Assembly: GCF_006345805.1 (NCBI RefSeq)
Contig: NW_021834933.1
Location: forward strand, 1-43,866
Length of the DNA: 43,866 nucleotides
Source of the DNA: Octopus sinensis
Lineage: Eukaryota
Direction: 5' to 3'
The position numbers were made by a program, and so were the translations under genes. The stretch's first letter is position 1, and each line of letters begins with the position of its first letter. The notes under the pieces were generated by a model. That model searched no databases, had not been told where the DNA came from, and saw nothing but the letters and a program-made list of their open reading frames with translations. Below are positions 12,300 through 24,238 of the stretch, piece by piece.

Positions 12300-13080
12300 T
12301 CTTCTCTTTTTGGGCAAACAAAATGCTGACCTATCATGCTAGAAATTTTGCTTTATCGCATTGCAGTAAGAATGCTGACTCTTTTAACATTAAATCTTTA
12401 TGGTTACAGGACGCTGGGGAACAAGCTGGAAAGACAAAGAAATATCTAATCTTTGATTTTATAGACGTCTTGATACTTTCAGTACGAAATCTGCTTATAC
12501 AGCTTTGGTATCAAATGCGGTAAATCACCAAGACCAGTTGGGACGTCTCATTGATCGTATGACCTTCTATCGACTATTCATTAGAAAAAGTTGGATATTA
12601 TCTTGTGACATATCTAATTATGTGCCTAAAGCAAGACCCGTTTTTTAGAGGTCCAAATGTTTAAATTGCCACAAAAAAGTTTTTGGGCTATTAGTTTTGC
12701 CATTGGAAATTACTCATTTTAAAAATTGGCTAAAAATGCGAGGCTCAGGTCTATTCAAATAATGATAAAATATTATTCAATCCGGTGCGAGTTTTATATT
12801 GAGATTGGGATCACCTCCTAAAAAACCTAAAGCAAGTTGAGGTGGAAAAAGCTCTAAAAGTACGATTTGCTTGCCACTGAGCTGGAAGTAATCGACAACG
12901 GAAAGGTAACTATAGTACCACTTGTACTAAAATGAACTGTGCTGTGAGTAATTTCTATAAACATCACTGCAACTCAATTGGTCTCGAAAAACCCATACAA
13001 GCTTCCATCCAGTCTGTGGTCATCGGAAAAACATTGGAAAGCATGCTACAGAATTTAAATTGGTCCCGAGCTTGTAGAGG
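12300..13080 (+). mobile_element. Degenerate RLE-type (R2/R4/NeSL-like) retrotransposon C-terminus
   Basis: Across frameshifts: IEIGITS..NLKQVEVEK..KYDLLATELEVI..KVTIVPLVL..FYKHHCNSIGLEKPIQASIQSVVIGKTLESM. Confidence 0.75.
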
Positions 13081-13329
13081 AAGTTTTTCGTCATTAGACC
13101 AAAAGCACCCGACGTCTCCACCGCCTTCGGCATCACGAAAAACTCATCCAAAATTGCGGAATATTTTTTAAGCTTTAATAAATAAATTAATTATTATTCA
13201 AAACTGTTAACTAAAAGTTACCAAAATATGGATTATTCTTAAATTAGCATTTATAAGAGCATCAAGGAAGGAAAACGTTATTAAAATCTATAAATAATAA
13301 TAAAATGTAGCTATCGTGAACGCTTTGAA

Positions 13330-14423
13330 ATGTTTGCATTACTATTATTGTTTGCAACTGTAATACGCTTAAACGATAAGGTGCTAGAATTAATGTTTTT
13401 GTCAAACGGAACACTTATTGATGCTCCAGAATTTTTTGAATTATGGGGCAAGGATTTTAAAAAAGTTTATTTTTAGATGTAAACATGGCATATAACACAA
13501 AAGATGTGATGGTATTGGATTGTGGATGAAACATAGAAAATTTCACGTTTGGTTTTATGGTTTAAGATTTTAATAATCTAATATAGAATTGCCAAAGGCT
13601 GAATTTAGAAAACCAATTAATAAATCGGATTCTGTTATTTTTTAAGACAAACATCTGCATTACAAACAAGAGAAAGTATAGAAATAGTTAATTTTTTGAT
13701 CCATAATTAATAGCTGAGAAATCGTAGTAATCATGGAGATTAAAGCCAAACATTGAATACAATCTAAACCATGTTGATTATTCATTTAGATATTGGCTAG
13801 AAACACACATAAAAACAATATTTTTTGGTATATAATGCGATATTGAAAATAGATTTTGATCACGTTTTATCAGAAGTCCAAACCACTTATTATCACAGAT
13901 ATTTTTAAAATTCAATTTAATAACAAAAACAAATAATTTTAGATCCGCCACTGTGTGTGTCGACGAATACAATCTATGTGGACACACCGAAAAAAGTGGA
14001 TGTTTTTTTATTTTTAGATTATGTAACTATCGAGTTAGAGAATTTAAAATCGAAAATTATATCATTAACTGTTTTATTGAGCTACCATATAAACATCAAG
14101 AAATATATTATATAAATAGTTATGTGGAGGAGTCAAACGAAGTGCTTAATGAGACTGATTTTATAAAAATAACATGGTTAAAACCAAAAGAAATTAATAA
14201 AGTTAAAATTGAATTTAATATGAACAAAAAAATGTTGAGTTAATTTAATGAAATTTTAGTTTTGTACATGTATGTGGGATTAATCATATTGTTAGTGATT
14301 TTCTTCTGCATCTTCGTAGAATGTAATCAAATATATCTTAATATATTAGGTTGTTTGAGATCAAAAAGATCCGTTGGTTTTCCTAAAACAGTTGATCGGA
14401 ATAATGTTCAGGAATTGATTTAG
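13330..14423 (+). pseudogene. Decayed paralog of the type-I membrane glycoprotein gene at 22175-23209
   Basis: Shares the motifs ELMFLSNGT, ELPKA, SFRYW...IFFDF.HVL.EV, TKTNNF.SA..C...Y.LC and LPY.H.E....SYVE, a C-terminal TM segment and the micro-intron positions; contains in-frame stops and frameshifts. Confidence 0.8.
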
Positions 14424-14745
14424 TTATTAACATTCTTTATTAAATACATATCATACAACTCCTTTCCCTCTTCTTCCTCTTCTCTGACTCGATAGATTTT
14501 TGAGAGTAAGCAGTCGAGCATCGCTAGCTGACTAAATCGCAACAGAGGACTAAATGTAAATCTTACCTTTATGCATATTAACTAATATAAAAAACTTAAA
14601 GATAATGTTTATGCATTCTTTTAGTTCAAATGTCCTTGAAAACTTAGGACTATTATCATTTTTTAACTTGTTGGTGGTAAAATTTTAAATTAACAAAAAG
14701 CACATTCATTTTCCTAATTAAACACCTAAATGAATTTTATAAAAC

Positions 14746-15495
14746 ATAATTAGTCTACACTAAGTAATTTTGTTTAAAAAACAAAAATTACGACGCAGAT
14801 TGAGTAATCATCCCCGAAACAAAAGTGTCCGCACAGGTTACATCCCATACGAAACACTTGCCCTCGCTGTATGGGAAGAACGTTATTCCGTTCGATCGCT
14901 TGCCGTCTCCGCGATCAAGACCAGTGGGCTCCAGAACCGAAGGAAAGCCTGCAGCAGCAAGGCTCAGTTTGACGACGTTGTTCAAACTGGAGTGTCTCGG
15001 TATACCTTTAGCACTTAACCTGCAGGAAAGAGGGTGGAGGCCATCAGAGTCTATCAACTGCCCACACTTGCATGGATGGGGATGGCAAAGAGGAATTCCG
15101 AGTCGAACTGACTCATCATTCAAGAGTGAACCGGCTGAAGATAGTGGGACGGCATTTAACCAGTCCCCGATGTGGTTACGCGGCTGCGTTCATTGAACCG
15201 AGTTCAATTTTATTGGCGCTTGTTTTCAGGCATTTCACGATTTCTTTACACCGGCTGGAATCCCAACTTTTTTGAGAATGATTCAGCTCGGCAATGGCAA
15301 GACCAGATGCAGTCCAAACTTTGAGGACAGAAGAAAATTCAGTCAATTCGAATTGTCCAGGAGAGAAAAAAAGAACAGATAAAAACTATTTCATGAGATG
15401 GAAATCATAATATTCCGTAAGCGCTGATAGTGATCGAGCGCTGCGAGCGATCCATCAATGTTAATGATTGTTAAAAATAAAAATAGTTTACTCAA
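14746..15495 (-). mobile_element. Internal CRE-clade fragment (zinc knuckle plus RLE N-terminal half), copy 1 of a local duplication
   Basis: The ORF reads LGIPLCHPHPCKCG...HPLSC...RHSSLN...EPTGLDRGDGKR...WDVTCADT; AT-rich flanks are shared with 15811-16577. Confidence 0.9.
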
Positions 15496-15810
15496 AATTT
15501 TTTAATTTTTTGGGGGGGAAGGTTTTAAGACTTCATCATGTAAGTCGAGGACATGTAGTTGTTCATTTTAACCAAAATGCAGAAAATTTTTTTTAATTTG
15601 TTTGGGGGGGAAGGTTTTAAGGACTTCATCATGTAAGTCGAGGACATTGTAGTTGTTCATTTTAACCAAAATGCAGAAAATTTTTTTTAATTTTTTGGGG
15701 GGGAAGGTTTTAAGGACCTCATCATGTAAGTCGAGGACATCGTATTGCCAATTTGAAGTTGGTGTGCACACACAGACAGACAGACACACACCATACCATT
15801 TTATTATTAG
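15496..15810. repeat. Three-copy ~78-bp G-tract minisatellite followed by an (ACAG)n/AC microsatellite tail
   Basis: The unit tttttgggggggaaggttttaaggacttcatcatgtaagtcgaggac...aaccaaaatgcagaaaattttttttaa occurs three times, followed by cacacacagacagacagacacacaccataccattttattattag. Confidence 0.85.
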
Positions 15811-16577
15811 ATAATTAGTCTACACTAAGTAATTTTATTTAAAAAACAAAAATTACGACGCAGACTGAGTAACCATCTCCGGACCAAAAGTGTCCGCACA
15901 GGTTACATCCCATACGAAACACTTGCCCTCGCTGTATAGGAAAAACGTAATTCCGTTCGAACGCTTACCGTCTTCGCGATCAAGACCAGTGGGCTCCAGA
16001 ACCAAAGGGAAGCCTGCGGCAGCAAGGCCTAGTTTGACGACGTTGTTCAAACTGGAGTGTCTCGGAGTACCTTTAGGACTTAACCGGCAGGAAAGAAGGT
16101 GGAGGCCATCAGAGTCTATCAACTGCCCACACATGCATGGATAGGGATGGCAAAGAGGAATTCCGAGTCAAAGACAGGTACCGAATCGAGCTGACTCATA
16201 ATCCAAGAATAAACCGGCTAAGGATAGTGGGACGGCATTTAACAAGTCCCCGATGTAATTGCGCGGGTGCGTTCATTGAAACGATTTCAATTTGATCGGC
16301 GCTTGTTTTCAGGCATTTCACGATTTCTTTACACCGGATGGAATCCCAACTTTTTTGAGAATGATCCAGCTCAGGGATGGCAAAACCAGATGCTGTCCAA
16401 ACTTCAATGACAGAAAAAAATTCAGTCAATTCGAAATGTTCAGGAGAGAGAAAAAGAACAGATAAAAACTATTTCATAAGATGAAAATCATAATATTTCG
16501 CAAGCGCTGATCGTGATCGAGCGCTGCGAGCGATCCATCAATGTTTATGAGTGTCAAAAATAAAAATAGTTTACTTA
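15811..16577 (-). mobile_element. Internal CRE-clade fragment, copy 2 of the local duplication
   Basis: Co-linear with 14746-15495 with the same breakpoints; retains a short segment (RFGTCL*LG) that copy 1 has deleted. Confidence 0.9.
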
Positions 16578-16779
16578 AAATAAAAATATTCATTCGTTAT
16601 TCATTCTTCTATAATATAGAGACTGCAATTTTAACATTTAGTAATTACATGAGTACTCATCATATTTACTAATAAATTTCAATAAAAAACATTTATTATG
16701 AATGTCGGAATTTTCTACAGCTTCTAATTCCTCCATATCAGAACTTTTTAAATTTTTTGAAATATTTAATTAAACAACA

Positions 16780-17420
16780 ATGTTGAATCCAGGAATACCA
16801 CGATATTTTTGAAATGAACTAAAGCTTAGGAAATTAAAAAATGCAATTTATTTGTGAATGAATGAGCTCTGACTGTAGAAAATACAGCCTTTCGAATATG
16901 TTTATCCACTCTTTTTCATCATCCAAAGCCATAAATTTGGATAAACTCATTGTGATTGTCTGATTAAATCGTTCAGCTATTCCTTGATTCTAAGCCCTTC
17001 CATGAATTCGAGTAATTTTGAATTTTTCACATAAATTAGAAATTCGAATATTTTAGAATTCTGCCCTGTCATCAAAATATTGGCAAAGGCAATTATTCAC
17101 GAGGATGTCGTTAATTTTTTCAGCAACATTAATAGAATTTTTAGTTCTAAGATTCCTTTATGACACTATATCACGAATAGACGTCAATAACAGTTAATAG
17201 TCAATAAAATTTATCATTGTCATTTACAAACCTTGAAAATAACACAATTTTATACCTTTTTATGTGAATCATATCAATCTGAAATCTCTCATTCGATTAA
17301 AACGTAAAAATATAACTTATGTCGTAATATTGTTTCATTAGAACTGCAGACTGGCATATATCACAGTCTTTTACCACCTTTTAATAAAATCATTTTCCAC
17401 AAAATTCTTCTAATGCATTG
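16780..17420 (-). mobile_element. Degenerate Ginger/KRBA2-like DDE integrase
   Basis: The reverse strand reads VKDCDICQ..ERFQIDM..LLTVIDVYS..NLRTKNSINVAE..LCEKFKITRIHGR..QGIAERFNQTI..EWI, with stops. Confidence 0.75.
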
Positions 17421-17829
17421 TGTTCACAATAATTAGCGTCGTGGATCTATTCTGCAAATGTCCGCATATTCGGTGAGTTGAACAAGCGTGTGATTAGATA
17501 AAGAATCTTGAAGATATAGCTACGAAAGAACCTTCTTTTATAGTTGATACTTCCGAGAAGCTAATATATTCAGTTCTTGTCGAGCGAGGATGAATTTTAA
17601 TATGTTTTACTCTTCATTATTTTTTATGATAACTTTGTTAGGCATCAGAAGAACGTGATTATTTAAATAGTTTATTGTTTCTATTTCAAATAATTTTTAT
17701 TAGTAAAAATCAATGATATTATATAAAAATTCACAAATTATTCCAAAACTTACGTATTGATTAATTTACCATTTATCATTAAAGTTTTTGGCACCTGTCA
17801 TTGCCCCCCCCCTTACTAGAATTTTTTAA

Positions 17830-19280
17830 AGAAAAGTTCTGAAAATAAAAACAAGCTCGATTTGCGTGCATTGCCAGAGATCGGTTAGATCCTGACCAAG
17901 TCGATAGCTCGCGAATTTTCTGTCGCAGTCAAGAAGATTAGCATGCATCGATTTTTCTCTGATCAATAATAGAGAGCGACGTCCTTCAAAAATTTTGATG
18001 TTTGGAGACCGAAGGCTCAAGAGGTCTCGAATGCGGGTGGAAAAAGGAATATTGGTCGGCAAATTGCTTATACTTTATGGTTTTGTGGGCTTTCGCGAGA
18101 AGATGCAGCTTTTTACACTATTTGAATGGTTAATTTGCTATAAGTCTATTTGTAATTTGTATTATTCCGCGGACGGTGACATTTTATTTCTATTTTGATA
18201 AGTACTTATTAAATTTTTTTTGGAAACCTCAAGAAAAAAGTCCATGTTCGGGATTTTCGACCTCTTAGACCAGGGGTGTCAAACATGCGGCCCGCGGGCC
18301 GCATGTGGCCCTCGAAAGACATAGGTGCGGCCCTCAGCGTACTTTGCCAAACATAAGTGTGGTCTGATTTAATGGCTATAAAATGCAAAAAATTATTTTT
18401 TATTTTTTTACATTTAATTAAAATTTTTAATTGTATTTTTAAATCGTGTTTGTTAATGTCACGTGCTTCTTCTTGAATAAAAAGAAACGCTTCTTGAAAG
18501 ATGAACGGAGAGTGTTTCAAGATAAATGGGAACTTCTCTATTTTTGCACAATGGTTGATGGAAAAATACATTGTTTGATATGTAACAAGTTTATCGCTAT
18601 ACAGAAAGAACACAACCTAAAGAGGCATTATCAATCTAATCATCTATCATACAATTATTTCGAAGGTATTAAGTTGCTTATTAACCAAGAAGGTCCAATG
18701 TGTGTTTCAAAGCTAAATGGATTGCGAAAAAATTTATCTGCGTTACAAACTCATTTCACAAAAATCATTATCGAAGTACTGCATTAGTCACTGCAAGCTA
18801 TGAAATCAGTAGAATGCTTGCAGTAAATGGAAAATCATATTGTGATGGTGATTTCATTAACCAATGCCGTGTAAAAACAGCGAATATTATTTGTCCAGAC
18901 GACGTCCACTTGTTTAAAGATGAAAATGACAAAAACTGCTCAAAGAACAAGACTAACTGATGAACATTTATTCTTTTTAATAAAAGTCGGAACTACACGA
19001 ATAGCTCAGCCTGACATATCAAAAATTGTATCTAAAAAAGATGTCAATCCTCTGGAAGCAGCTCTCACCAAAATTGAAGGGCGATAATTCAATAATTTAG
19101 TTTCTCTTAATAATAATATCAGAACTAATCTTCCCTTAATGAGAAATTATTATAAATGCGGCCCTCGAAGCAAAATTGTTACAAAATGCGGCCCTCAAAG
19201 CGAAATGAGTTTGACACCCCTGTCTTAGACAATGCGCTTTAGAACACAGAAAAAATATGCGAAGGTTTCTAAAAGAGGCT
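17830..19280 (+). mobile_element. 3' end of a LINE (family ending EAGIT*), split by the hAT insertion at 18271-19222
   Basis: Joining the two flanks gives ...DFRPLRQCALEHRKNMRRFLKEAGIT*; the end gggatcacctga..tagttt matches the LINE end at about 30510. Confidence 0.6.
18271..19222 (+). mobile_element. Internally deleted Buster/SPIN hAT element (952 bp) with perfect ends
   Basis: 14-bp TIR caggggtgtcaaac at both ends; identical 8-bp TSD tcttagac (18263-18270 and 19223-19230, nnnTAnnn type). The interior encodes a SPIN-like N-terminus (FQDKW..CLIC..KEHNLKRHY; ASYEISRMLA..K.YCDGDFI). Confidence 0.95.
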
Positions 19281-19619
19281 GGGATCACCTGAAATAGTTT
19301 ATTTTGATTATGACAATGTTTTTGGTCTTAAATAAATAAATTAATTAAATTTTTTTAATGAAAATTTTTTACTACTTTGATATTAACCAAAACAGTAATA
19401 AATCTGTATATTTTTTGGCAGTATTTATTCTGTTCCTGATGAAACAGAATTAAGATTTTTGATGTAATAAAACAAGCTTTAGAAAAGGTCTCAGTCAAAT
19501 GCATTTTTATAAAAAATCTAAATCATTAAGAAAAAACAATAAATTTTTTAGTTACGAATTCTTTTCCAAACATATAAATAAGATAAAATATATGAAATAC
19601 ATTGCATTTAAAAAATAAT

Positions 19620-20160
19620 TAATTAATATAGAATGGAATCTTTAAGGGTCGGAGTAGCAATCATATCGGACTAAATTAACAGATTTTTCAAAAAAACGTT
19701 TTTGGAATGGAACGGACTATTCCCCCAATATCTTCAATGAAATCACCTTTGGCATTCTCTACAACATCTAACCCAAAACATAATGATACCTAGCACTTAA
19801 TCCTTATTTAATTTTGCAGATAGAACTGTCCTTAATTTGAGTAAAACGGTTCAAAAATCCTAACATAGTTTAATTGTTTGTTTTCTAATCTTTTTTGTTT
19901 AACTATATGATATTGTTTTTTAAATTGACTAGTCTTTCGCTTAAAAAACGTAAGTCGTTTACTGCTTGAATATTTGAAAAATTTTTGATTATGGTTACTC
20001 CTTTTTCCTTATTACAAATTCATATTTTAGTCTTTTTTAAGCAGTCAAAAAGGATTTTCGATAAAAGGCTGCAAGTAGAGTTAGAATCTTTATAAGTCTT
20101 TTTTCTTTGACAATTGAAGTCAAAGATGGAGTTCAAGATAGCTCTGTTCAGTAAAAATGA
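19620..20160 (-). pseudogene. Possible decayed intron-containing gene of unknown product
   Basis: Two short GT..AG segments flank VVENAKGDFIEDIGGIVRSIP; the upstream frame has scattered stops. Confidence 0.2.
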
Positions 20161-20429
20161 TTACGAAAATATTAAATAAAATTTACGTAATTTTATTACA
20201 AAATATTTTATATAAAAACTCGAATAATTAATTGATAATTATATGTATTAAAATGTTGACGATTTAAAATTGATAATTCTAAAACATTATAACTGTCCAG
20301 ATTAAAAAAAGAGAACTCAAGGAACATAGTAAATTATAAAACATTATTAAAACTTACTTTTCATACAAAATTTATCACGTTACATTTTCATACAGATTTA
20401 TCATGTTACATTAGAAAATCATTCAAAAA

Positions 20430-20640
20430 CAAATGTAAAAAATGTCATAAACCAATTCTTTTACTTTTTTGCTGTAGTGACTGGTATATATAAATACCAG
20501 TTCCTTTGATAAAACAGTCCTTGGATGAATCATTCCAATCCAAATGAATCAAAATCTTCCTTGTCAAAGCCTTGAAATTGTTCGGTACCTACTTCTTGCG
20601 ATTCTTCGACCAAATGTTGAATTTGTGCATTTTCCGTCAT
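20430..20640 (-). pseudogene. CNOT2: Diverged partial copy of CNOT2 internal exons
   Basis: LVEESQEVGTEQFQGFDKEDFDS and DWNDSSKDCFIKGT align to the intact gene's LVEESQEAGTEQFQGFEKDDFDS and DWNDSSRDCFVEGT; two internal deletions. Confidence 0.85.
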
Positions 20641-21199
20641 TTTTATTATATAATAAGGGATCCCACCTGAAAACTAAATTCAGAATTTCATGAAATTGTT
20701 AAAACAAATTTCTAAAAAAATTAAAATAATCAAATTAAACAATAATTTTTTAAATTCAAAATTAATCATTCAACAATTCTTCCTGAAAACTAAACTCAAT
20801 ATTTTATGAATTTATTATTAAATTTTCTAACATAAATCAAAATTTTTAAATAAACAATGATTTTGAGGTTTCTTTGGATCAAGAATGTTGATTTTGCATC
20901 CAAAAAGATTATAACTCAAAATAAAGTGAGAAAACAAAACTCCTAAACTATTCTTGTTCACTTATTTCTGTGATATTAAAACACACACAACTATCCTGTC
21001 ATATCTATAACTGCGAAGGGAAATCACTTCATCCATATCTATAACTGCGAAGGGAAGTACAAGACTGTTTGGGGGATGACTTAGTTACGGAGACTAAGGC
21101 AGATCTCAATGGTGTCATCCACGTCCATCTCGAACATCCTTTCTTACCACTCATCACACACACTTACCTCCAGTTTCACACTTGACTTGTCACCTACCA

Positions 21200-21560
21200 C
21201 ATCACGACCCACTCATACTCAATGATTCGGAAAATATGCTAAAAAACGAATTTACGGGCTTGACTTTCATCGTGGTAATTGGGGACTTGTTCTTCCGCTT
21301 TTTCACCACCTTAACTCTCTTTCCGTAAGACACATGCCGAGCTTCCAGTCGACGGACTCTTTGTTGGTCGGCTCGTAGGTCCCCGACATTATTTTACTTT
21401 CTTTTGTGTTTACTATAGAGTTCAGTTTTTTGGACTCTTCGTGGTATTTTTGCGGATTTCGAATATGTGCGACCATCACGTCTACTGAATAGTTCAGCTG
21501 TCTTTTTAGTTTGTCGAGACGACGCCGAACGCTCTTTGTCTAGCTTTGAATTGTTATCAT
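21200..21560 (-). mobile_element. Degenerate RTE-like RT fragment
   Basis: LNYSVDVMVA..YHEESKKLNSIVNTKESKIM resembles the YADD...EES.K.GL.IN..KTK.M region. Confidence 0.5.
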
Positions 21561-22174
21561 ATGTTTATAGTCCCCGAAAATTACAAAATGACTATATTTG
21601 TTCTCAGCTGATACCAAAAACATTTAAATGTCTAGCTTTTAGGGTTATATTTATATTTTCTATCATTTTTGTTAATCTAATAAAGAAATTCTTACATTTT
21701 TGGATTTTTATTTACCTTTGCCAAATTTATATCTTTAGTGAAAAAGGGCTAGTTAATTTGCTTACTAGGAAAAACTAAATATGAATTTTGAATCATTTTT
21801 TTTGTCGAGGAGTGTATATGCAGACTTCAATGCTATCGATAAATGTTTCCTTATTTTTTGTATTTGAATGAATTTCTAAAAAGGCTGTATAACCAAACAC
21901 AAAATCTGGGATTTAACCAGCAACGTGAACTGATGATAGAAAAAGTTCTTTAGTTTTTATTTTTCCAAAAAACTAGCGGTCTCTGAAGTGAGCCACAGAA
22001 AATAAAATAAATTTTTTGGATTTTGAAAACGGGACGGTTAGTTTAGATTTAAAAATTATTAACCAACCAGTAAATTTAATAATATCCAAATTTGACGTTC
22101 TTGAAAACTTAAAGGAAGGAAAGTGTTATTTATATAGATACTTATAAGGCATTTTCTATCTAGAAAGTTTAGGA

Positions 22175-23209
22175 ATGTTCGTTTCACTGTTATTAATTTT
22201 AACTGTTGTAATAAGCAAAGGTGGTAGAGTTGAGGTTATCTTATTTTTAGAATTAATATTTCTGTCAAATGGAACGCTTCTCAATGAACCAAATTGCTTG
22301 AATATAACTGGCAAGCATTTCTAATTATTTTGTAGAAATTAACGATGAATTTAAAGCTAATCGTTCGAAAACTTTGAAAATGTTTTGTGAAAAAACAAAA
22401 TATGAAATTTTGTATGAAGGTTCAAAATTTTTGGACTATTTTAAATATTAGAACTGCCAAAGGCTAAATATATAAAACTATTTAAAGAATCGGATTCGGT
22501 TTCTTTTCATCGCCAACAATATGTACAATCTTCAAAAGATATAATTAATGCTTTTGAAAATAAGAATATGAATAATTCTACAAACCTTGCCAAAGGAGAA
22601 AAATTCCTTTTAAAGCACGATAATTTTTCGTTCAGATATTGGATAAAAACAAATGAAAATAATATATTTTTTGGTATTTTAAACAAAATTTAAAATAGAT
22701 TTTGCTCATGTTTTAACGGAAGTAAAAACTTTCTACTATCATAATTATTTTTTCCATTTTTTATTAAAAACTAAAACAAATAATTTTACATCCGCCGTTC
22801 TCTGTATTATAAATTACGGACTTTGTGAGACAGTCGAAAACAGTTTTACAGATTTTAATTAATTTTTAGATTCAGTTTCAATGCAATTAAAAAATTCAAA
22901 ATTAAAAATATTATTATTAAACGTTATTTTTGTGTTACCATATGGACATCTTGAAGAATACTCTACTGTTAGTTATGTCGAGAGAAAACCTGATAATCTT
23001 ACGAACGAAAAGACAATAGAATTAAAATGTTAGTTTAATAAAGTGAATTTGTAGATTTGTATATATACGTGACATTGGCAGTTATTGTTGTGATATTTAT
23101 CGGAAATTTTAGAAAAAGTAATCGGTTATATTTTAATTTATTAGTTTATGTGAATTGGATAAAGCCGCAAAAATCAGTAGACTTGTACAAAACAATGAAC
23201 CTTAAATAG
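22175..23209 (+). CDS. Unidentified type-I membrane glycoprotein, 280 aa, 7 micro-introns (one GC-AG)
   Basis: Removing introns of 30, 25 (GC donor), 32, 25, 27, 26 and 27 nt gives an uninterrupted 843-nt frame. It encodes an N-terminal hydrophobic leader MFVSLLLILTVVIS, at least 8 N-X-S/T sequons, a TM segment YLYIYVTLAVIVVIFIGNF, then RK and a short tail ending LYKTMNLK*. Confidence 0.8.
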
Positions 23210-23904
23210 AAGACTTCTATGGATTCTTAATTAGTTATAACTGATCTAAATAAAATTCAATTTATTAATTCTGCTTTACAGTTAAGAGTTTATATTTTAA
23301 GTTTTCTTGTTTAATCTATTTTGTAAGAAGTATATTTTTTTCAAAAATCTTTAATGAAAGATAGATTTTTGAAAACGGAGATATTGAAAATCAAAAAAAT
23401 TTGAGAATTTGATAACCCTAATATAATAACAAAGATAGTACATACATAGGGATGACTTTGTCAAACTCAGGACGATTCTAAAAAATAAGCATCAAATAAA
23501 TCGGGTGAAAATATTAGAAACAGTTGCATAGTTTTAGAATTAATTTTCAGATACTGTTTTGTGGAATCGTGAAATTTAAATTTGAACAAATTATCAGTAA
23601 CTTTGGAATTCAAACTACTATACGACTACATTCATCTAAAGAACTCTATAATGTAAATACATTAATCTAAAGAACTGGAAACTATCTTCCCGAAATCAAA
23701 AATAATGAAAAACTTGAAAGCAAAAATCACAAAATCGAGTCAGGTAGAATTAAATGTAACAAAACGCTAGTTCACCAGATAAACTGAACAAAATTGAATG
23801 GAAGTTCCAAGAACCAATTTTTTACAATCGATTTAGTCTAATACTTAATAACTTAATAAAGAACAAAATAAAAAAGAGGCAAAGTACTTTTTAATTTAAA
23901 CAGT

Positions 23905-24084
23905 AAAGCAGGAAATGCTAAAAAAATGGATAAAGCGACTGCCGAGTTCTTGCGCGAACTCGGAAGAATGCTCGCCACAAAGAAGAATGATCCTCGTGAA
24001 GGAGTATGGCTAAGACAAAGGATCGGAATAGCCATACTCCGAGGGAACTCGCTTTCCATACAGGCAGAGGGCTTCCTCAATTGA
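23905..24084 (+). mobile_element. CRE-clade 3' end, well preserved
   Basis: Reads AEFLRELGRMLATKKNDPREGVWLRQRIGIAILRGNSLSIQAEGFLN*, followed by an A-rich tract. Confidence 0.85.
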
Positions 24085-24238
24085 TTTCTCAAATCAATCT
24101 CTTCTCTTTCGATATAATAACTTTCAAAACTTTAACTAAAAAATTATTATTACAGTTACTTAACATTACTATAAAAAATGAACAAAAACAAAATTAATCT
24201 ATAGCCAAAAAATAAAAAACCCAAAACTAAAAAATTAA

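Noticed and set aside
15505-15705. G-quadruplex from the G7-G8 tracts
   Set aside because: There are only three tracts about 78 bp apart, too sparse for a canonical intramolecular G4.
15496-15740. CRISPR-like repeat array
   Set aside because: The units are contiguous near-identical repeats without unique spacers, the context is eukaryotic, and there are no cas genes.
17830-18270. Tc1/mariner remnant
   Set aside because: Rejoining across the hAT insertion gives the EAGIT* terminus shared with the LINE at 30517, which is a better explanation.
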